DNA of 64,000 bases. Origin: a phage. The stretch lies in NCBI GenBank assembly GCA_036439915.1, contig GCA_036439915.1_3065.1; one strand, given 5' to 3'. The notes under the pieces were generated by a model that was not told the origin of the DNA, searched no databases, and saw only the letters and a program-made list of their open reading frames with translations. A program made the position numbers and the translations under genes. Every line of letters starts with the position of its first letter. Positions within the stretch are counted from its first letter, which is position 1. Positions 1 to 10,047 of this stretch are shown piece by piece.

Positions 1-18
1 AAAAAAAAAATTTAAACT

Positions 19-516
19 TTATGCACAGCGAGCTTTGCTGTAGTGTTTAATCCAACTTTCAGGAATGACTTTGTATGTTCCTAAAAATACCGCGTTGTAC
101 AGCTTAACACCGTCTTCTACCCATTGATCAGTAATGTATGCACACATAGCGCGAGTACGGTGTTTTTGAACAACCCCTTCCTCATCTTCAGTAAATTCGA
201 ATTCATAAGGAGCAACGAACTTAATAGCCTGACCGAGTTTCCACTTAAAGTCTACACCTACATGCGAAGTATCAATCGTTTCAATTCCTTTAGCGGGAAC
301 AGCTTTCAAAAACGCAGGCTCAAGAAATTTCCATCGAACATAACCAAACTGAGGTTTAGACTTTCCATCTTTAGGAATGATACGCACTTTTACTTCAGAA
401 TCTTCATCTTTAACGCCGTGTTTAAGCTGAATGCTTACAATTTCGACCAATTTTCCTGCTGCTTTAGAACGGGATTTATCAGATACACGAGCAATTTCAC
501 CAATATTAATAATCAT
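19..516 (-). CDS. hypothetical protein (motB-position); paralog of 595..1134
   Basis: 165-aa ORF; C-terminal block DQWVEDGVKLYNAV shared with neighbour (DQWIEDGVELLNVV); lies downstream of dexA as motB does in T4. Confidence 0.5.
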   Translation of the reverse strand: MIINIGEIARVSDKSRSKAAGKLVEIVSIQLKHGVKDEDSEVKVRIIPKDGKSKPQFGYVRWKFLEPAFLKAVPAKGIETIDTSHVGVDFKWKLGQAIKFVAPYEFEFTEDEEGVVQKHRTRAMCAYITDQWVEDGVKLYNAVFLGTYKVIPESWIKHYSKARCA

Positions 517-594
517 AGTTATCTCTCACTTGTTAAAAAGATATTTTATACTCCACAGGACCATTATACTCTGGTCCCAAGAGTTTGTAAACTA

Positions 595-1134
595 TTAATT
601 CAAAATAGCTACCACTGCACTACGAGGTACTACGCTAAAATCACCTGCATGAACAACGTTCAGAAGTTCAACACCATCTTCAATCCATTGGTCTGTTACC
701 CAACCACAAACCGAAATAAATGGGGTCTTGATAGCTACCGCATGAGTTAGAAGGTCAGTAGGATCGCATTCTTGAAAGAGGATGAACTCTGCTTCAAAAA
801 CTATAGTTTTAATTACTTCATCATTATCTAAACGGCGTACTCGAATCACGTAAGCTTTATTCTTATCATACCAGTTACTTTTTGAAAAGCTTTTAACCAC
901 AAACTCGCCTTCACCAAAAGCATTAGTCAACGCTTTATAACCCAAATTTAGTTCAGTAGTTTTAATTTCAGTTTCAACCAGTTTGTAGGTTTTGCCGATT
1001 TCAATAGCGGTAGTCATAGTAGGTTCCTTAATTTCCAGTGGTTTAACAGGGCATACATAAGTGCTTACAACATCAAAATCAATCAGTTTAGCTACCGGAT
1101 TTGGTATGTATTCAGGATTATAATTAAATTTCAT
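595..1134 (-). CDS. hypothetical protein, paralog of 19..516
   Basis: 179-aa ORF with the same C-terminal motif as 19..516; T4-like codon usage. Confidence 0.5.
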   Translation of the reverse strand: MKFNYNPEYIPNPVAKLIDFDVVSTYVCPVKPLEIKEPTMTTAIEIGKTYKLVETEIKTTELNLGYKALTNAFGEGEFVVKSFSKSNWYDKNKAYVIRVRRLDNDEVIKTIVFEAEFILFQECDPTDLLTHAVAIKTPFISVCGWVTDQWIEDGVELLNVVHAGDFSVVPRSAVVAILN

Positions 1135-1136
1135 AA

Positions 1137-1676
1137 TTATCTCATTTCAATAAAATCTACAAGTTCAGTATGGGATTTACGGAACATTACTTGATGCCCA
1201 CCAATGATAACTTGGTCATCTGGTACTTCGTATACAGCGAGATAAAATCCTTTAGAAGATAATTCTTCCCGCTCTTCTCGTGTGAACCATCTCATCATAT
1301 CATATTCGCTAGCGAAAGCAAAATGATAAAGAGCTATAAACCATCCTGGAATATGATATTCTACTCCAACATAATCTTTCTTGAACTTAGTATTAATTAC
1401 TATATTAGCGTTTTTAACTAATAGTTTATCTTCGTGTGGTAAAGGAATTCTTTTATTATTATCGCTATGATGCATAAAATTAGGTCTGTCATAACCTACG
1501 TGTAATAGCCACTCTTCGCTCCATGAATCTATTATACTCCTGTACGGCGTTATTTGAACACAAAGATTTCGACGTATTGTTATAGCATCTTCATAATCAA
1601 GAATACTAAACGATGATTCAACACGATAAATTTTCATTTTATTATCCTCAGTAGCTATGGTGTTATAATACCACAA
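1137..1676 (-). CDS. hypothetical protein
   Basis: 179-aa ORF tightly packed between neighbours, start 3 nt after downstream gene stop. Confidence 0.5.
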   Translation of the reverse strand: MWYYNTIATEDNKMKIYRVESSFSILDYEDAITIRRNLCVQITPYRSIIDSWSEEWLLHVGYDRPNFMHHSDNNKRIPLPHEDKLLVKNANIVINTKFKKDYVGVEYHIPGWFIALYHFAFASEYDMMRWFTREEREELSSKGFYLAVYEVPDDQVIIGGHQVMFRKSHTELVDFIEMR

Positions 1677-1700
1677 CTAACCGAGGAAGTAAACAACTTT

Positions 1701-2384
1701 TTATCGTTTTGTTGGAAGAGATAGAGGATCGCACTCTTCCTCTGATGGAGCGTCTTCAAAACCCATAGCATACCGCAAAGCATACTTCATCATCAGGATG
1801 TCTTTCGCACAGTCATGAATGGAATCATGTGCAACAAATCCATCTAAAGTTCCCTTTGGAAGAGGACATGTGGTCATATCACGAACAAGCAGAAGTGCTT
1901 CAATTCTGGTACGAATATCACGCTGATTCCAGAATTTACATGGTTCTAACTTAAATGTGTCAAGTTCATTCTCAGAAACGCCATTAAAACGTTGAATATC
2001 ACGAATGAGATCGACTAAAATTGGAAAATCAAACGACATTCCACGGCACCAACCCTGAGATTTCCAAGGATCGATATTATGCGCATTGATGTAATCATTG
2101 AATTTTGCAATACCATCAATAGTGCTTACATCTTCATCTGACGGTGCAATATTTTTTCGAGCTTCAGGGGATTGATTCTTCCACCATTCGATAGTGCTTT
2201 TAGTAAAAAGACGATGTCCTTTTTGGCTTTTTAAATCAAATTTGATTTTAATGCCACGTGAAACTAATTCATCGAATGTTTCAACGACTTCTGGATTAGG
2301 GTCAAAAGCAATTACAGCTAAATCAATAACAGCTGCCTTTTCGCCGCTTCCCATTGTTTCAAAATCTATAATAAAATCAAACAT
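1701..2384 (-). CDS. dexA: exonuclease A (DEDD 3'-5' exonuclease)
   Basis: 227 aa, N-terminal FDFIIDFETMG exo motif, same length as T4 DexA, located next to dda. Confidence 0.8.
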   Translation of the reverse strand: MFDFIIDFETMGSGEKAAVIDLAVIAFDPNPEVVETFDELVSRGIKIKFDLKSQKGHRLFTKSTIEWWKNQSPEARKNIAPSDEDVSTIDGIAKFNDYINAHNIDPWKSQGWCRGMSFDFPILVDLIRDIQRFNGVSENELDTFKLEPCKFWNQRDIRTRIEALLLVRDMTTCPLPKGTLDGFVAHDSIHDCAKDILMMKYALRYAMGFEDAPSEEECDPLSLPTKR

Positions 2385-2626
2385 TAAATTTTCCTTGCTA
2401 AATCGCGAATTTGACCTACAGTATAGTCTTGAATATAAACTTTATTAATAGGCTCATCAATAAATTTTGCCATAGATTCAATGTCTTTTTGTATCTCTTC
2501 AAGACTGTATACTATCTTTGAAGCTTTTTCGCGAATAGTAATATTTTCAGGACCCGGATTTTCTTCAATGACAGCTTTAACATTTGCCATAAGAGATTTA
2601 AACTGATACCAACTTAATTCAATCAT
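2384..2626 (-). CDS. hypothetical small protein (dexA.1-like position)
   Basis: 80-aa ORF, start overlaps dexA stop. Confidence 0.45.
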   Translation of the reverse strand: MIELSWYQFKSLMANVKAVIEENPGPENITIREKASKIVYSLEEIQKDIESMAKFIDEPINKVYIQDYTVGQIRDLARKI

Positions 2627-2879
2627 TAATAATCGCCTTATAAAGATGGCTAATTTCGCCTAAAACATAATCACTGATTGTAACAGTTTTCACTTCACCA
2701 CAAAAGAATTCTAACGCAATTAAATCTCGTTCAATTTCTTCTAATTGAAGCCTCAACTTACTAGATTCAATTTTTACATTTCTACGATTTTTACTATAAG
2801 CTATTTCATAAATTTCGCTCACTTTATCTTGAAGCAGATAAAACTGATCTTTAGTTATTTCCACGAATAGCTTCCTCAA
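2619..2879 (-). CDS. hypothetical small protein
   Basis: 86-aa ORF in tightly packed early region. Confidence 0.45.
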   Translation of the reverse strand: MRKLFVEITKDQFYLLQDKVSEIYEIAYSKNRRNVKIESSKLRLQLEEIERDLIALEFFCGEVKTVTISDYVLGEISHLYKAIIND

Positions 2880-3111
2880 ATTTAATTAGTAATTTACAGA
2901 CACTTTCATCTAGTGTAATTACCGTATCTGTATTACTGTGATATGATTGTTTTTCAATTCGTTTAATTGCTAATATAGTATCACTTATAAGATAAAGCTT
3001 ATGAAGGAGCTCAGCTCCTGTTACCATAACATCGAGATTATCTTGCTTATTAGTATGCTTCCTTATACCATCTATTAGACGATTTAAATATTTTGAATTG
3101 ATGTTAATCAT
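2851..3111 (-). CDS. hypothetical small protein
   Basis: 86-aa ORF immediately upstream of dda. Confidence 0.45.
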   Translation of the reverse strand: MININSKYLNRLIDGIRKHTNKQDNLDVMVTGAELLHKLYLISDTILAIKRIEKQSYHSNTDTVITLDESVCKLLIKFEEAIRGNN

Positions 3112-3117
3112 ATAGCC

Positions 3118-4437
3118 TCACACATAAAACACATCATAACGACCACGTGTTACACCAACGTAAAGAAGTTGTTGAGCTAATTCAGCATCTGCATAATGAA
3201 TACAAGGCGTATAAATGAAAGCACGGTCTACAGACATACCCTGAGCTTTATGGAATGTTGATGCAGGAAGTGCTTTCACTTTACTGAACTGTGATTTAGC
3301 ATCCCAAAAATCACTCCATGGAGCTTTTCCGCCTTTGTTCCAATTTTTATAAGTTTCTGCCGTTTTACCTAAAAATAGGTTAAACTTATATAGCTCTTCA
3401 TCAGATGAAATTATTTTAATCTTTTCACGATAATATTCATCATCGCCGTAAGTTTCTACTGTTAAGTCCCAATGACGAATTAGATATTCTCCAGGAACAC
3501 CACGAGCTTTAACAAATGTTGATGTATACTCTGCTTCTATAATACGAACTAATTGTCCATTATTAAAAATAATTTCTGATACAGGCTTTCCATCAATTTT
3601 ATATGTTTTAATTAATGGTTCCTGCATTACAATAATTTCACCAACAATAAAATCTTTATCAGTTTCAAAAATCTTTTTACGAATAATGCTATTTAACTTG
3701 TCAACAGATTTATTCGTAAATGCCATTACGCGATTTTCAAACAAATCATCTAGTGATTTGACGATTGAAAAATAATTTACCATAAAATCGCGTAAAGCGG
3801 TATCACCAGTAAATCCACGTACTCCATGCCCGTCAACAACTTTATCATAAATCCACTTACCGTTGCGAACATCAGTAGCTACATCAATAATAGGAGCATT
3901 ACTGCGTTTAACTTCAGTGAGTTCACACTGATAAAAATCTTTGTGTGTAAAAAATGGACTGATATAAGCAGTGTTTTCTCCTGGGTCAACAGGTCTAATT
4001 TGCTTATTATCACCTATTCCAATTATAGTACACCAAGGTGGAATAGTTGAAAGCAGAATTTTAAATAGCTTTCTATCATACATTGACACTTCGTCGCAGA
4101 TTAATACCCTGCATTTAGCTAAATCTGGTACTTCCTTCTGTTCAAAAAGAACGTTTTCTTCATATGTTACTGGGTTAATTTTAAGAATACTGTGAATAGT
4201 ACTCGCTTCTTTCCCCGACAGTTTTGAAAGAATCTTTTTAGCTGCATGTGTAGGAGCTGCCAAAATGATACCAGTTTCGCCCGTAGATATTAAAGCTTCA
4301 ATGATGAACTTAGTAAGAGTAGTCTTACCAGTACCAGCAGGTCCATTAATAGTTACATGATGTTTCTTTTCTTTAATAGCCCTCATAACGATGTTAAAGG
4401 CATTTTTCTGACCTTCGGTCAAATCATCAAATGTCAT
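3118..4437 (-). CDS. dda: Dda DNA helicase (SF1)
   Basis: 439 aa, Walker A GPAGTGKTT, same length as T4 Dda, synteny. Confidence 0.9.
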   Translation of the reverse strand: MTFDDLTEGQKNAFNIVMRAIKEKKHHVTINGPAGTGKTTLTKFIIEALISTGETGIILAAPTHAAKKILSKLSGKEASTIHSILKINPVTYEENVLFEQKEVPDLAKCRVLICDEVSMYDRKLFKILLSTIPPWCTIIGIGDNKQIRPVDPGENTAYISPFFTHKDFYQCELTEVKRSNAPIIDVATDVRNGKWIYDKVVDGHGVRGFTGDTALRDFMVNYFSIVKSLDDLFENRVMAFTNKSVDKLNSIIRKKIFETDKDFIVGEIIVMQEPLIKTYKIDGKPVSEIIFNNGQLVRIIEAEYTSTFVKARGVPGEYLIRHWDLTVETYGDDEYYREKIKIISSDEELYKFNLFLGKTAETYKNWNKGGKAPWSDFWDAKSQFSKVKALPASTFHKAQGMSVDRAFIYTPCIHYADAELAQQLLYVGVTRGRYDVFYV

Positions 4438-4745
4438 CGTAAATTCCCTGCAATTGGTATACTAACAATACGCCCAGTATCTAAAATTCGCCGATATAAT
4501 CTTTGTGTGTCTACATCAGGCTTAACGTGTTTAACTTCTATTTTATTAAACCAAAACTTGCGTGGAGTTTCAACTAATCTTGGAATTCCCATACCTAAAG
4601 CTAGTCGATACTGCTCTTTAAGAGTGGTAAATACTCTATCAGCAATCTCCCTTTCAAAAAATACAGCAGGACGATGTTCATCAAGAGGAACAGGCACCGC
4701 AAATCCATCTTTATCTCTATACACTATCGCATATACATAAACCAT
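4434..4745 (-). CDS. hypothetical protein (dda.1-like)
   Basis: 103-aa ORF, ATGA-type overlap with dda start region. Confidence 0.5.
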   Translation of the reverse strand: MVYVYAIVYRDKDGFAVPVPLDEHRPAVFFEREIADRVFTTLKEQYRLALGMGIPRLVETPRKFWFNKIEVKHVKPDVDTQRLYRRILDTGRIVSIPIAGNLR

Positions 4746-4746
4746 A

Positions 4747-5493
4747 TTATCCTCGGATAAGTTTAAAAATTGAACAATTTAGCGGGTATCCTCTTTTCAG
4801 TTTAAGTTTATCAATAAAAGACAAGTTTTGATACCGCTCTACACCTTGAATAATTTTATCACACATATCATATTGCATTTCTGCTTCTGACAACTTTTTC
4901 ACAATTTTCCAATCCGAGCCTTTAAGAAGAACGTTCAGTTTAACAACTTCAGCGCCTTCTGCTATGCGAGAACCATCAATACGAGCTTTAAGTGCTATAA
5001 TCGTTAGCTTAATGTCAGAGGTCTGTTTTGATTTAGAAAGCTGAGAAATGTGTTCAATTCGATTTTCACGTTTTTTCTGTATAGCTTTAATTTGATTATA
5101 AGTCTTTTTGATTTTAGCCCATTTCTTTTCATCTAAATTTAGTTTATGAACTTTTTTCGCAGATGAACGGCCAATTCGCAAAGCAAATAAATCACGCTTT
5201 TCAATCAACTCTTCTAAAGTATAATCAGAACGAAATGTATTATACTTTTTCTTTACTGCAATAACATTCCCTTTAATGTATCCAATGTTATTATCAAAAC
5301 GTTCTAATGATAATTTCTCTCCTTCAATACGATTATCAAAAGGTTCTCCTGAATAGGCACAAACTTTTTGATCTAAAATGTTCTTAATGTAATTGAAGTC
5401 TAAGTTAAAATCTTTAGAACGTCTTTTTGCAGATGCCTGAGTGTGCTCTAAACGACGTTTAATTTTACGAATTTGATTATTAGACAATTTCAT
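4747..5493 (-). CDS. srd: Srd-like protein (anti-sigma/sigma-like), assigned by position
   Basis: 248 aa between dda.1 and modA as in T4; preceded by early promoter. Confidence 0.5.
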   Translation of the reverse strand: MKLSNNQIRKIKRRLEHTQASAKRRSKDFNLDFNYIKNILDQKVCAYSGEPFDNRIEGEKLSLERFDNNIGYIKGNVIAVKKKYNTFRSDYTLEELIEKRDLFALRIGRSSAKKVHKLNLDEKKWAKIKKTYNQIKAIQKKRENRIEHISQLSKSKQTSDIKLTIIALKARIDGSRIAEGAEVVKLNVLLKGSDWKIVKKLSEAEMQYDMCDKIIQGVERYQNLSFIDKLKLKRGYPLNCSIFKLIRG

Positions 5494-5528
5494 ATTTTTC
5501 TCACATCTTACGGACGATTGACTACTAT

Positions 5529-5558
5529 ACTATAACATTTTTACCTTAGCTTGTAAAC
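5529..5558 (-). promoter_or_regulatory. sigma70-type early promoter (GTTTAC -35, 18 bp, TATAGT -10)
   Basis: minus-strand GTTTAC...TATAGT read directly; upstream of srd. Confidence 0.6.
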
Positions 5559-5615
5559 AACTTTATGTAAAAATGCTTTAAAACTTTCGTGGTATAATGA
5601 ATCTAAGTCCTTCCA

Positions 5616-6218
5616 TTATAGATTAAATCTTTCAAAATCAAGAGTATAGATAGTGTATGTTGAATACTTTTTATACTCATATCTATCTGCAATTCTAAAT
5701 ACACTTCCAGCTGGTATCATTACTTCTTGTTCATCTGAAACTAATTCCATATTACGATAACGATGACTATCCGGAAACTTAAAGTTTGGATTGTATTCTT
5801 TACAGCGTAGAGCTTTTATAGCATACTCCTGGAAATTGAATACCATAGGAGCTTTGAATTCAAAAATAACCTGTGTGTTATACTCTAAACCGGAAGCAAA
5901 ATGTAGAGCTATATTTTTATCATATGAAGCTGATACTACTTTATCAAATGTAATAATATCAATTCCTTGATTTAACACTTGCTTAGTCTCGACTGGAACA
6001 CCTCTCCAAAGAGGTTTATCGTTTGGTTCCAAACGAGATTTGATTATTTCATTTAACCAAGTATGGTCATCTGGTTTGTTGGTAATACAATGAATTAAAA
6101 GTTCAATTTCAGATAAATTAAACCCTTCAGAAAGTAATTCTTCACGAATAGAAGCACGCACCGATGCATCCATTGATTTTATTTTAAAATCTTTTAGTTG
6201 CATTACTGAGTATTTCAT
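5616..6218 (-). CDS. modA: ADP-ribosyltransferase ModA
   Basis: 200 aa, R (LWRGV), S-x-S and EQE-type ART motifs; same size as T4 ModA; adjacent paralog. Confidence 0.7.
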   Translation of the reverse strand: MKYSVMQLKDFKIKSMDASVRASIREELLSEGFNLSEIELLIHCITNKPDDHTWLNEIIKSRLEPNDKPLWRGVPVETKQVLNQGIDIITFDKVVSASYDKNIALHFASGLEYNTQVIFEFKAPMVFNFQEYAIKALRCKEYNPNFKFPDSHRYRNMELVSDEQEVMIPAGSVFRIADRYEYKKYSTYTIYTLDFERFNL

Positions 6219-6838
6219 TCAACTACCTCAATATCATAAACTTTAAATGTTCCAAATGAATCGTGTAATTTTTCTTTTGAAATAGAAGTTATTTTATACT
6301 TTCCAATTGGAATCATCCATTCTTGTTCACGTACAATCATCATTAAGTTATCAGTACGTTCTGAATCTAATCCATCAGTATCTTCATATGTATACTTAAA
6401 TTCAGTATTAGGAGAAGAAAGTATAATATCGCTGATATGGTCAGAATAATTAAAAGCTTTATCAGTTTTTAAGCGAAATATTATTTCAGTGAAATACTCA
6501 ACATAAGAAAAACCACATGCTGTGTGCAAACTAGTAGTAAATGAATCTACTCTGTTCGTTGAAAACACTTCTCCAACTTGTAAATCTTTAATGAGTTCTT
6601 TTGTCGATTTTGATATACCACGATATAGCTGATAAGGCGATTTAGTTAAATGCTTTTTAACGATTTTATTCAACTGCCGATGAAGAGCTTCATTCTTTTT
6701 GGCTTCCATACATTGCCAAAGAACAGACTGCTCAAAGTCAGTAAATTTTTCACAGACTTTTTTATACATATCATATTGAAAATCAACGCTTTCAGCTTTT
6801 ATAGATAACTGTTCAACATCTGCAAGATTAATAATCAT
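6215..6838 (-). CDS. modB: ADP-ribosyltransferase ModB
   Basis: 207 aa, YRGIS and EQEWMIP motifs; same size as T4 ModB; overlaps modA by ATGA. Confidence 0.7.
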   Translation of the reverse strand: MIINLADVEQLSIKAESVDFQYDMYKKVCEKFTDFEQSVLWQCMEAKKNEALHRQLNKIVKKHLTKSPYQLYRGISKSTKELIKDLQVGEVFSTNRVDSFTTSLHTACGFSYVEYFTEIIFRLKTDKAFNYSDHISDIILSSPNTEFKYTYEDTDGLDSERTDNLMMIVREQEWMIPIGKYKITSISKEKLHDSFGTFKVYDIEVVE

Positions 6839-6864
6839 GATAGCCTCCGTATACTTCAGAAGCT

Positions 6865-6894
6865 ATCATATCATTGTTAGAAAGGAAAGTAAAC
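6865..6894 (-). promoter_or_regulatory. sigma70-type early promoter
   Basis: GTTTAC, 18 bp, TATGAT on minus strand upstream of modB. Confidence 0.55.
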
Positions 6895-6905
6895 AACTTT
6901 TTGAA

Positions 6906-7088
6906 TTATTTTGCCCAGGGAGCCCAAGGCGGAGGGTCAAGATGGTATGAAGCTAGTTCTTCTAGAAGAGCATCTGGGGCTTCAATTCCATAATTCTGTA
7001 ATACTATACGGTATTCTTTCTTATAATCACTAGAATCATTCCGGATATTCGTAGAATGATTATCTTCTAACATCTCAAATAAATCCAT
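6906..7088 (-). CDS. hypothetical small protein
   Basis: 60-aa ORF. Confidence 0.4.
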   Translation of the reverse strand: MDLFEMLEDNHSTNIRNDSSDYKKEYRIVLQNYGIEAPDALLEELASYHLDPPPWAPWAK

Positions 7089-7096
7089 ACTAATTC

Positions 7097-7567
7097 CTAG
7101 CGATAAAAACCAAATTGACGATTAGCTTCAATAATCTTTCTTTCTTCTTCGGACATTCTCCAGCGTAGTCCAACATCAAAATGAGCCCAGACCATCTTAA
7201 CAAATGCATTTATATCTTTAATATCTTCAATAATGAATGTTTTACTTTTAGAAGGTTGGCTTGCTAATTTAACCTTATCATCTTCAAACAAATCAAAAAG
7301 GCTATATTCATGAGCTCTTTTATAACCTTTAATTATTAAAGCTTCAGAAGAAGAAAATGGAGAATCAGTATTATGTAGAATATCTTCAGTATGCTTTATC
7401 ATTAGAATAACATTTTCTGGATATTTTCTTTCTTTTATATCTTTAATTAAAAAATCCGGATTTTCTGCTAAAGGAATAATTAATGAGCATTTTTTATCAA
7501 GTGTATTTACTGATTTACCTTCTTTAGACATAAATTCTATTGAATAGAATTTTGCTACTTCAATCAT
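7097..7567 (-). CDS. hypothetical protein
   Basis: 156-aa ORF; a 50-aa coupled ORF lies just upstream (about 7565..7717). Confidence 0.5.
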   Translation of the reverse strand: MIEVAKFYSIEFMSKEGKSVNTLDKKCSLIIPLAENPDFLIKDIKERKYPENVILMIKHTEDILHNTDSPFSSSEALIIKGYKRAHEYSLFDLFEDDKVKLASQPSKSKTFIIEDIKDINAFVKMVWAHFDVGLRWRMSEEERKIIEANRQFGFYR

Positions 7568-7720
7568 GTGTTTTCCTCTTGCCTACTAATGGACCATCAG
7601 GAATTTTATTTTCCTGAATATACTTCTCATTTTCTTCCATCATTTTACTACCAATTTTAAGAAGCAAATCTAAGGCTTCATTTGCTTTAGCCTTGGCCTC
7701 TTCTAACGTCATATCTTTGT

Positions 7721-7924
7721 TCACGATTTATCACCATAAATATCTCTCATTAATTTAAGAGCTGAGCGCTCTAATTTCTTTTCTTGCTCAGCTTTAATCA
7801 TAGATTTCATCCACTCTTCTGATTCATTCTGCATTTCTTTATTTGCTTGTTCAACCCAGCCATCATCAATATACATTGAGTTTGGTCGATTAAACCATTC
7901 AAATATTTTCTTTAGGACTTTCAT
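7721..7924 (-). CDS. hypothetical small protein
   Basis: 67-aa ORF. Confidence 0.4.
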   Translation of the reverse strand: MKVLKKIFEWFNRPNSMYIDDGWVEQANKEMQNESEEWMKSMIKAEQEKKLERSALKLMRDIYGDKS

Positions 7925-8405
7925 TCATTTTACCTAAAACAATAGTAGGAGCATCGTCAAATTTATGAATTTTTAGCAAATTTGGAGTTAATTTATTCCA
8001 TAAAGAAGTAATAAAATATGATAGCGCAATTTCTTCCGCAATTATGAATTTATTTCCCTTATCTCCCTTATCTATTTTCCAGTCATGTACTGAATCATAT
8101 GAATAGAAGGACAGCGGTTTATTGTTATAAAATGCTTCACCAACATCAATATAGTTAGATTTAGTAAATGCTTGAATTGACGTAAATGGAGAATTTTGTA
8201 CAGTTTCAATAATTCCGATCTTTTTAAGTTTTATTTCAACATCTTCTGGAACTGGCATTGAAATAAAATCTTCTACTAGATACATGCTATTGTCATATCT
8301 TTTGTCAATCATTACTGCTACAGTAATTGGAACATCCTTGACAAACGCCATACTAATACTATTAATAAACATTTCAAACAAAATTGCTTCCATAATTTTC
8401 CTCAA
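7899..8405 (-). CDS. hypothetical protein
   Basis: 168-aa ORF. Confidence 0.5.
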   Translation of the reverse strand: MRKIMEAILFEMFINSISMAFVKDVPITVAVMIDKRYDNSMYLVEDFISMPVPEDVEIKLKKIGIIETVQNSPFTSIQAFTKSNYIDVGEAFYNNKPLSFYSYDSVHDWKIDKGDKGNKFIIAEEIALSYFITSLWNKLTPNLLKIHKFDDAPTIVLGKMNESPKENI

Positions 8406-8734
8406 TCACAAGATGTAGATGAACAACTAGAATCACAAGAACTTCCGCATGAATCACTTGCCCATACGTGAACAGGAACATTTGTATCATATGAAGAATT
8501 AGAACTTTTAACTTCGTTAGAAGATGTAGGTACTGACCATCGCCAAGGATTTTTATAATATTCTTGGGCTTCTTCATAAGTCATAGTAACTGCTTCTACT
8601 GTTCCATCTCCCATATAAACATATTCAACTACAGTTAAAGGAAGATAGTCATTTGAAATAGGAACTACACCTTCTCCAGGAGTTGTAGAGAAAAAATCTG
8701 TAAAGAAATTTTTAAACCAATTAAAGATAAACAT
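8402..8734 (-). CDS. hypothetical protein with Cys/Ser-rich C-terminal tail
   Basis: 110 aa ending [18 protein letters not shown]; ATGA overlap with upstream gene. Confidence 0.5.
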   Translation of the reverse strand: MFIFNWFKNFFTDFFSTTPGEGVVPISNDYLPLTVVEYVYMGDGTVEAVTMTYEEAQEYYKNPWRWSVPTSSNEVKSSNSSYDTNVPVHVWASDSCGSSCDSSCSSTSCD

Positions 8735-8940
8735 TACAAAAAGCCTCTTTTGAATTCGACTTGCTTCTCACCATAATCATACCGAATCTCTGCATTAAAC
8801 TCAACAGAACCATCTGCGTACATCATAAATGAATGCACAACAACTTCTGTAGACCATGGTTGCAATTCATATTTCTTCATTACATGCCGTGAAATGATAA
8901 TATCTAAATCTTCATTTGGTTTAATCCAACGATTTAACAT
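8734..8940 (-). CDS. hypothetical small protein
   Basis: 68-aa ORF. Confidence 0.4.
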   Translation of the reverse strand: MLNRWIKPNEDLDIIISRHVMKKYELQPWSTEVVVHSFMMYADGSVEFNAEIRYDYGEKQVEFKRGFL

Positions 8941-9006
8941 AGTGCTCTCCTCTATAAGATAATTCTATTATACCATACTCATTTTGGAAAGTAAAACCAT
9001 TTAAAT

Positions 9007-9031
9007 GAAAAAAGGACTCCCGAAGGAGTCC
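9007..9031 (-). terminator. intrinsic terminator after soc
   Basis: GGACTCC-CGAA-GGAGTCC hairpin followed by T-run on minus strand. Confidence 0.6.
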
Positions 9032-9039
9032 TTGAATTA

Positions 9040-9276
9040 TTAACCGCCTATTTCTGTAGGTGTAAACATTGCAGCATTCTTAGTTTTCCAAGTTGCTGCA
9101 TCGGAAACTACATCAGAATAAGCTGCTTTTTCTGACGGAAAGATTTGATAATGAGAATCTGCAATACGGTGTTCATTTGAATATACATCAAATGCTACAG
9201 AAACTTCCATACCTTTAACTTCTTTGCCTTCACCTGCTGGATGAGTAAAGGTCTTGATGTTAACGAAACCACCCAT
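9040..9276 (-). CDS. soc: small outer capsid protein Soc
   Basis: 78 aa, VNIKTF...VSVAF...YQIFPSEKAAYS matches remembered T4 Soc. Confidence 0.85.
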   Translation of the reverse strand: MGGFVNIKTFTHPAGEGKEVKGMEVSVAFDVYSNEHRIADSHYQIFPSEKAAYSDVVSDAATWKTKNAAMFTPTEIGG

Positions 9277-9317
9277 AATAAACTCCTTTATTGTTTAATT
9301 ACAGGTGTATTTATAAC

Positions 9318-9458
9318 TTACAATTTAGCGGCTTTCCAGAGTTGTTCAATAATCTCTTGGTCTATTTCTTTAGTTATTTCATTACGTAATAAAGCAGTAA
9401 GGGCTTTCGCCCTTTTCTTATTCAACTTTTTGAGTTGACGTTTATTTAAACAAGCCAT
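9318..9458 (-). CDS. small ORF translationally coupled to gene 56 (TAATG)
   Basis: 46-codon ORF MACLNKRQL... read from sequence; below the ORF-track size cut-off. Confidence 0.3.
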   Translation of the reverse strand: MACLNKRQLKKLNKKRAKALTALLRNEITKEIDQEIIEQLWKAAKL

Positions 9459-9976
9459 TAATAACCTCGGTCTTGACGCGCGAAATTTTCAGCATTTTTC
9501 AGGTAATAAAGTTTAAAGATTTCTTCTGCTGTAAGACCAAGACCCTGGAACATATTCAGAACGAAATGAAGAATATCAATCATTTCAAATTTAATTTCTA
9601 ACTGGTCTTGCGGAGACAAATCAGTAATCAGAGTTTCACGACGTTCACCATGCTGCGACTTCCAAGGTTTCCATACAGCAGATGCGTCTTTTTCACCATT
9701 ACTCATACCACCAAGAGAAGTCAGAAGTTCACGGAATTCATCATCAATATAATCTTTCTGATTGCGTAGCCAATCAACAACTTCACCTGCAGTAGCCAAA
9801 TCATCAGGATGACGGTTATATTCAGGTTTATCTTTAGCTAAACGAACCTGTAAAGATTTCTGCATATCAAGCATAACCTGCAGTGGGTCTTTTTCATCAC
9901 CAAGAATATCCCAGTATTCATTTTGAGCTTTATCAGCGCCTTCGATCAGTTGACTACATTCATTAAAGTAAGCCAT
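9458..9976 (-). CDS. 56: dCTP pyrophosphatase gp56 (MazG-like)
   Basis: 172 aa from internal Met (MAYFNEC...); strong similarity to remembered T4 gp56; ORF-track N-terminal extension is promoter-region read-through. Confidence 0.85.
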   Translation of the reverse strand: MAYFNECSQLIEGADKAQNEYWDILGDEKDPLQVMLDMQKSLQVRLAKDKPEYNRHPDDLATAGEVVDWLRNQKDYIDDEFRELLTSLGGMSNGEKDASAVWKPWKSQHGERRETLITDLSPQDQLEIKFEMIDILHFVLNMFQGLGLTAEEIFKLYYLKNAENFARQDRGY

Positions 9977-10010
9977 TATTTTTCCTTTCAATTCATGGGT
10001 TAGTAGATTA

Positions 10011-10036
10011 ATTATACAATAAATATATAAAGCAAT
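10011..10036 (-). promoter_or_regulatory. middle-type promoter (MotA-box TGCTTTA, 11 bp, TATAAT) upstream of 56
   Basis: minus strand ...TTGCTTTAtatatttattgTATAAT... followed by AAAGGAAAAATA-ATG. Confidence 0.4.
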
Positions 10037-10047
10037 AAGGAGGACAT

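Noticed and set aside
124-750. Plus-strand ORFs nested inside minus-strand genes (for example 124..750, 3826..4050, 4357..4740, 13144..13374, 19780..20109, 23248..23664, 38415..38792)
   Set aside because: They lie antisense within well-supported genes, have low-complexity or atypical composition, and lack ribosome-binding sites.
8374-8577. 67-aa minus-strand ORF overlapping two neighbouring genes
   Set aside because: Almost entirely contained in the overlap of 7899..8405 and 8402..8734 in another frame; likely a frame artefact.
9396-9426. Hairpins followed by T-runs on the plus strand (GGGC-TTTC-GCCC at about 9400 and GGCAGT...ACTGCC at about 44703..44745), as possible plus-strand terminators
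   Set aside because: No convincing plus-strand transcription unit was found except the speculative ORF at 10048; they may be bidirectional or coincidental hairpins inside or next to minus-strand genes.
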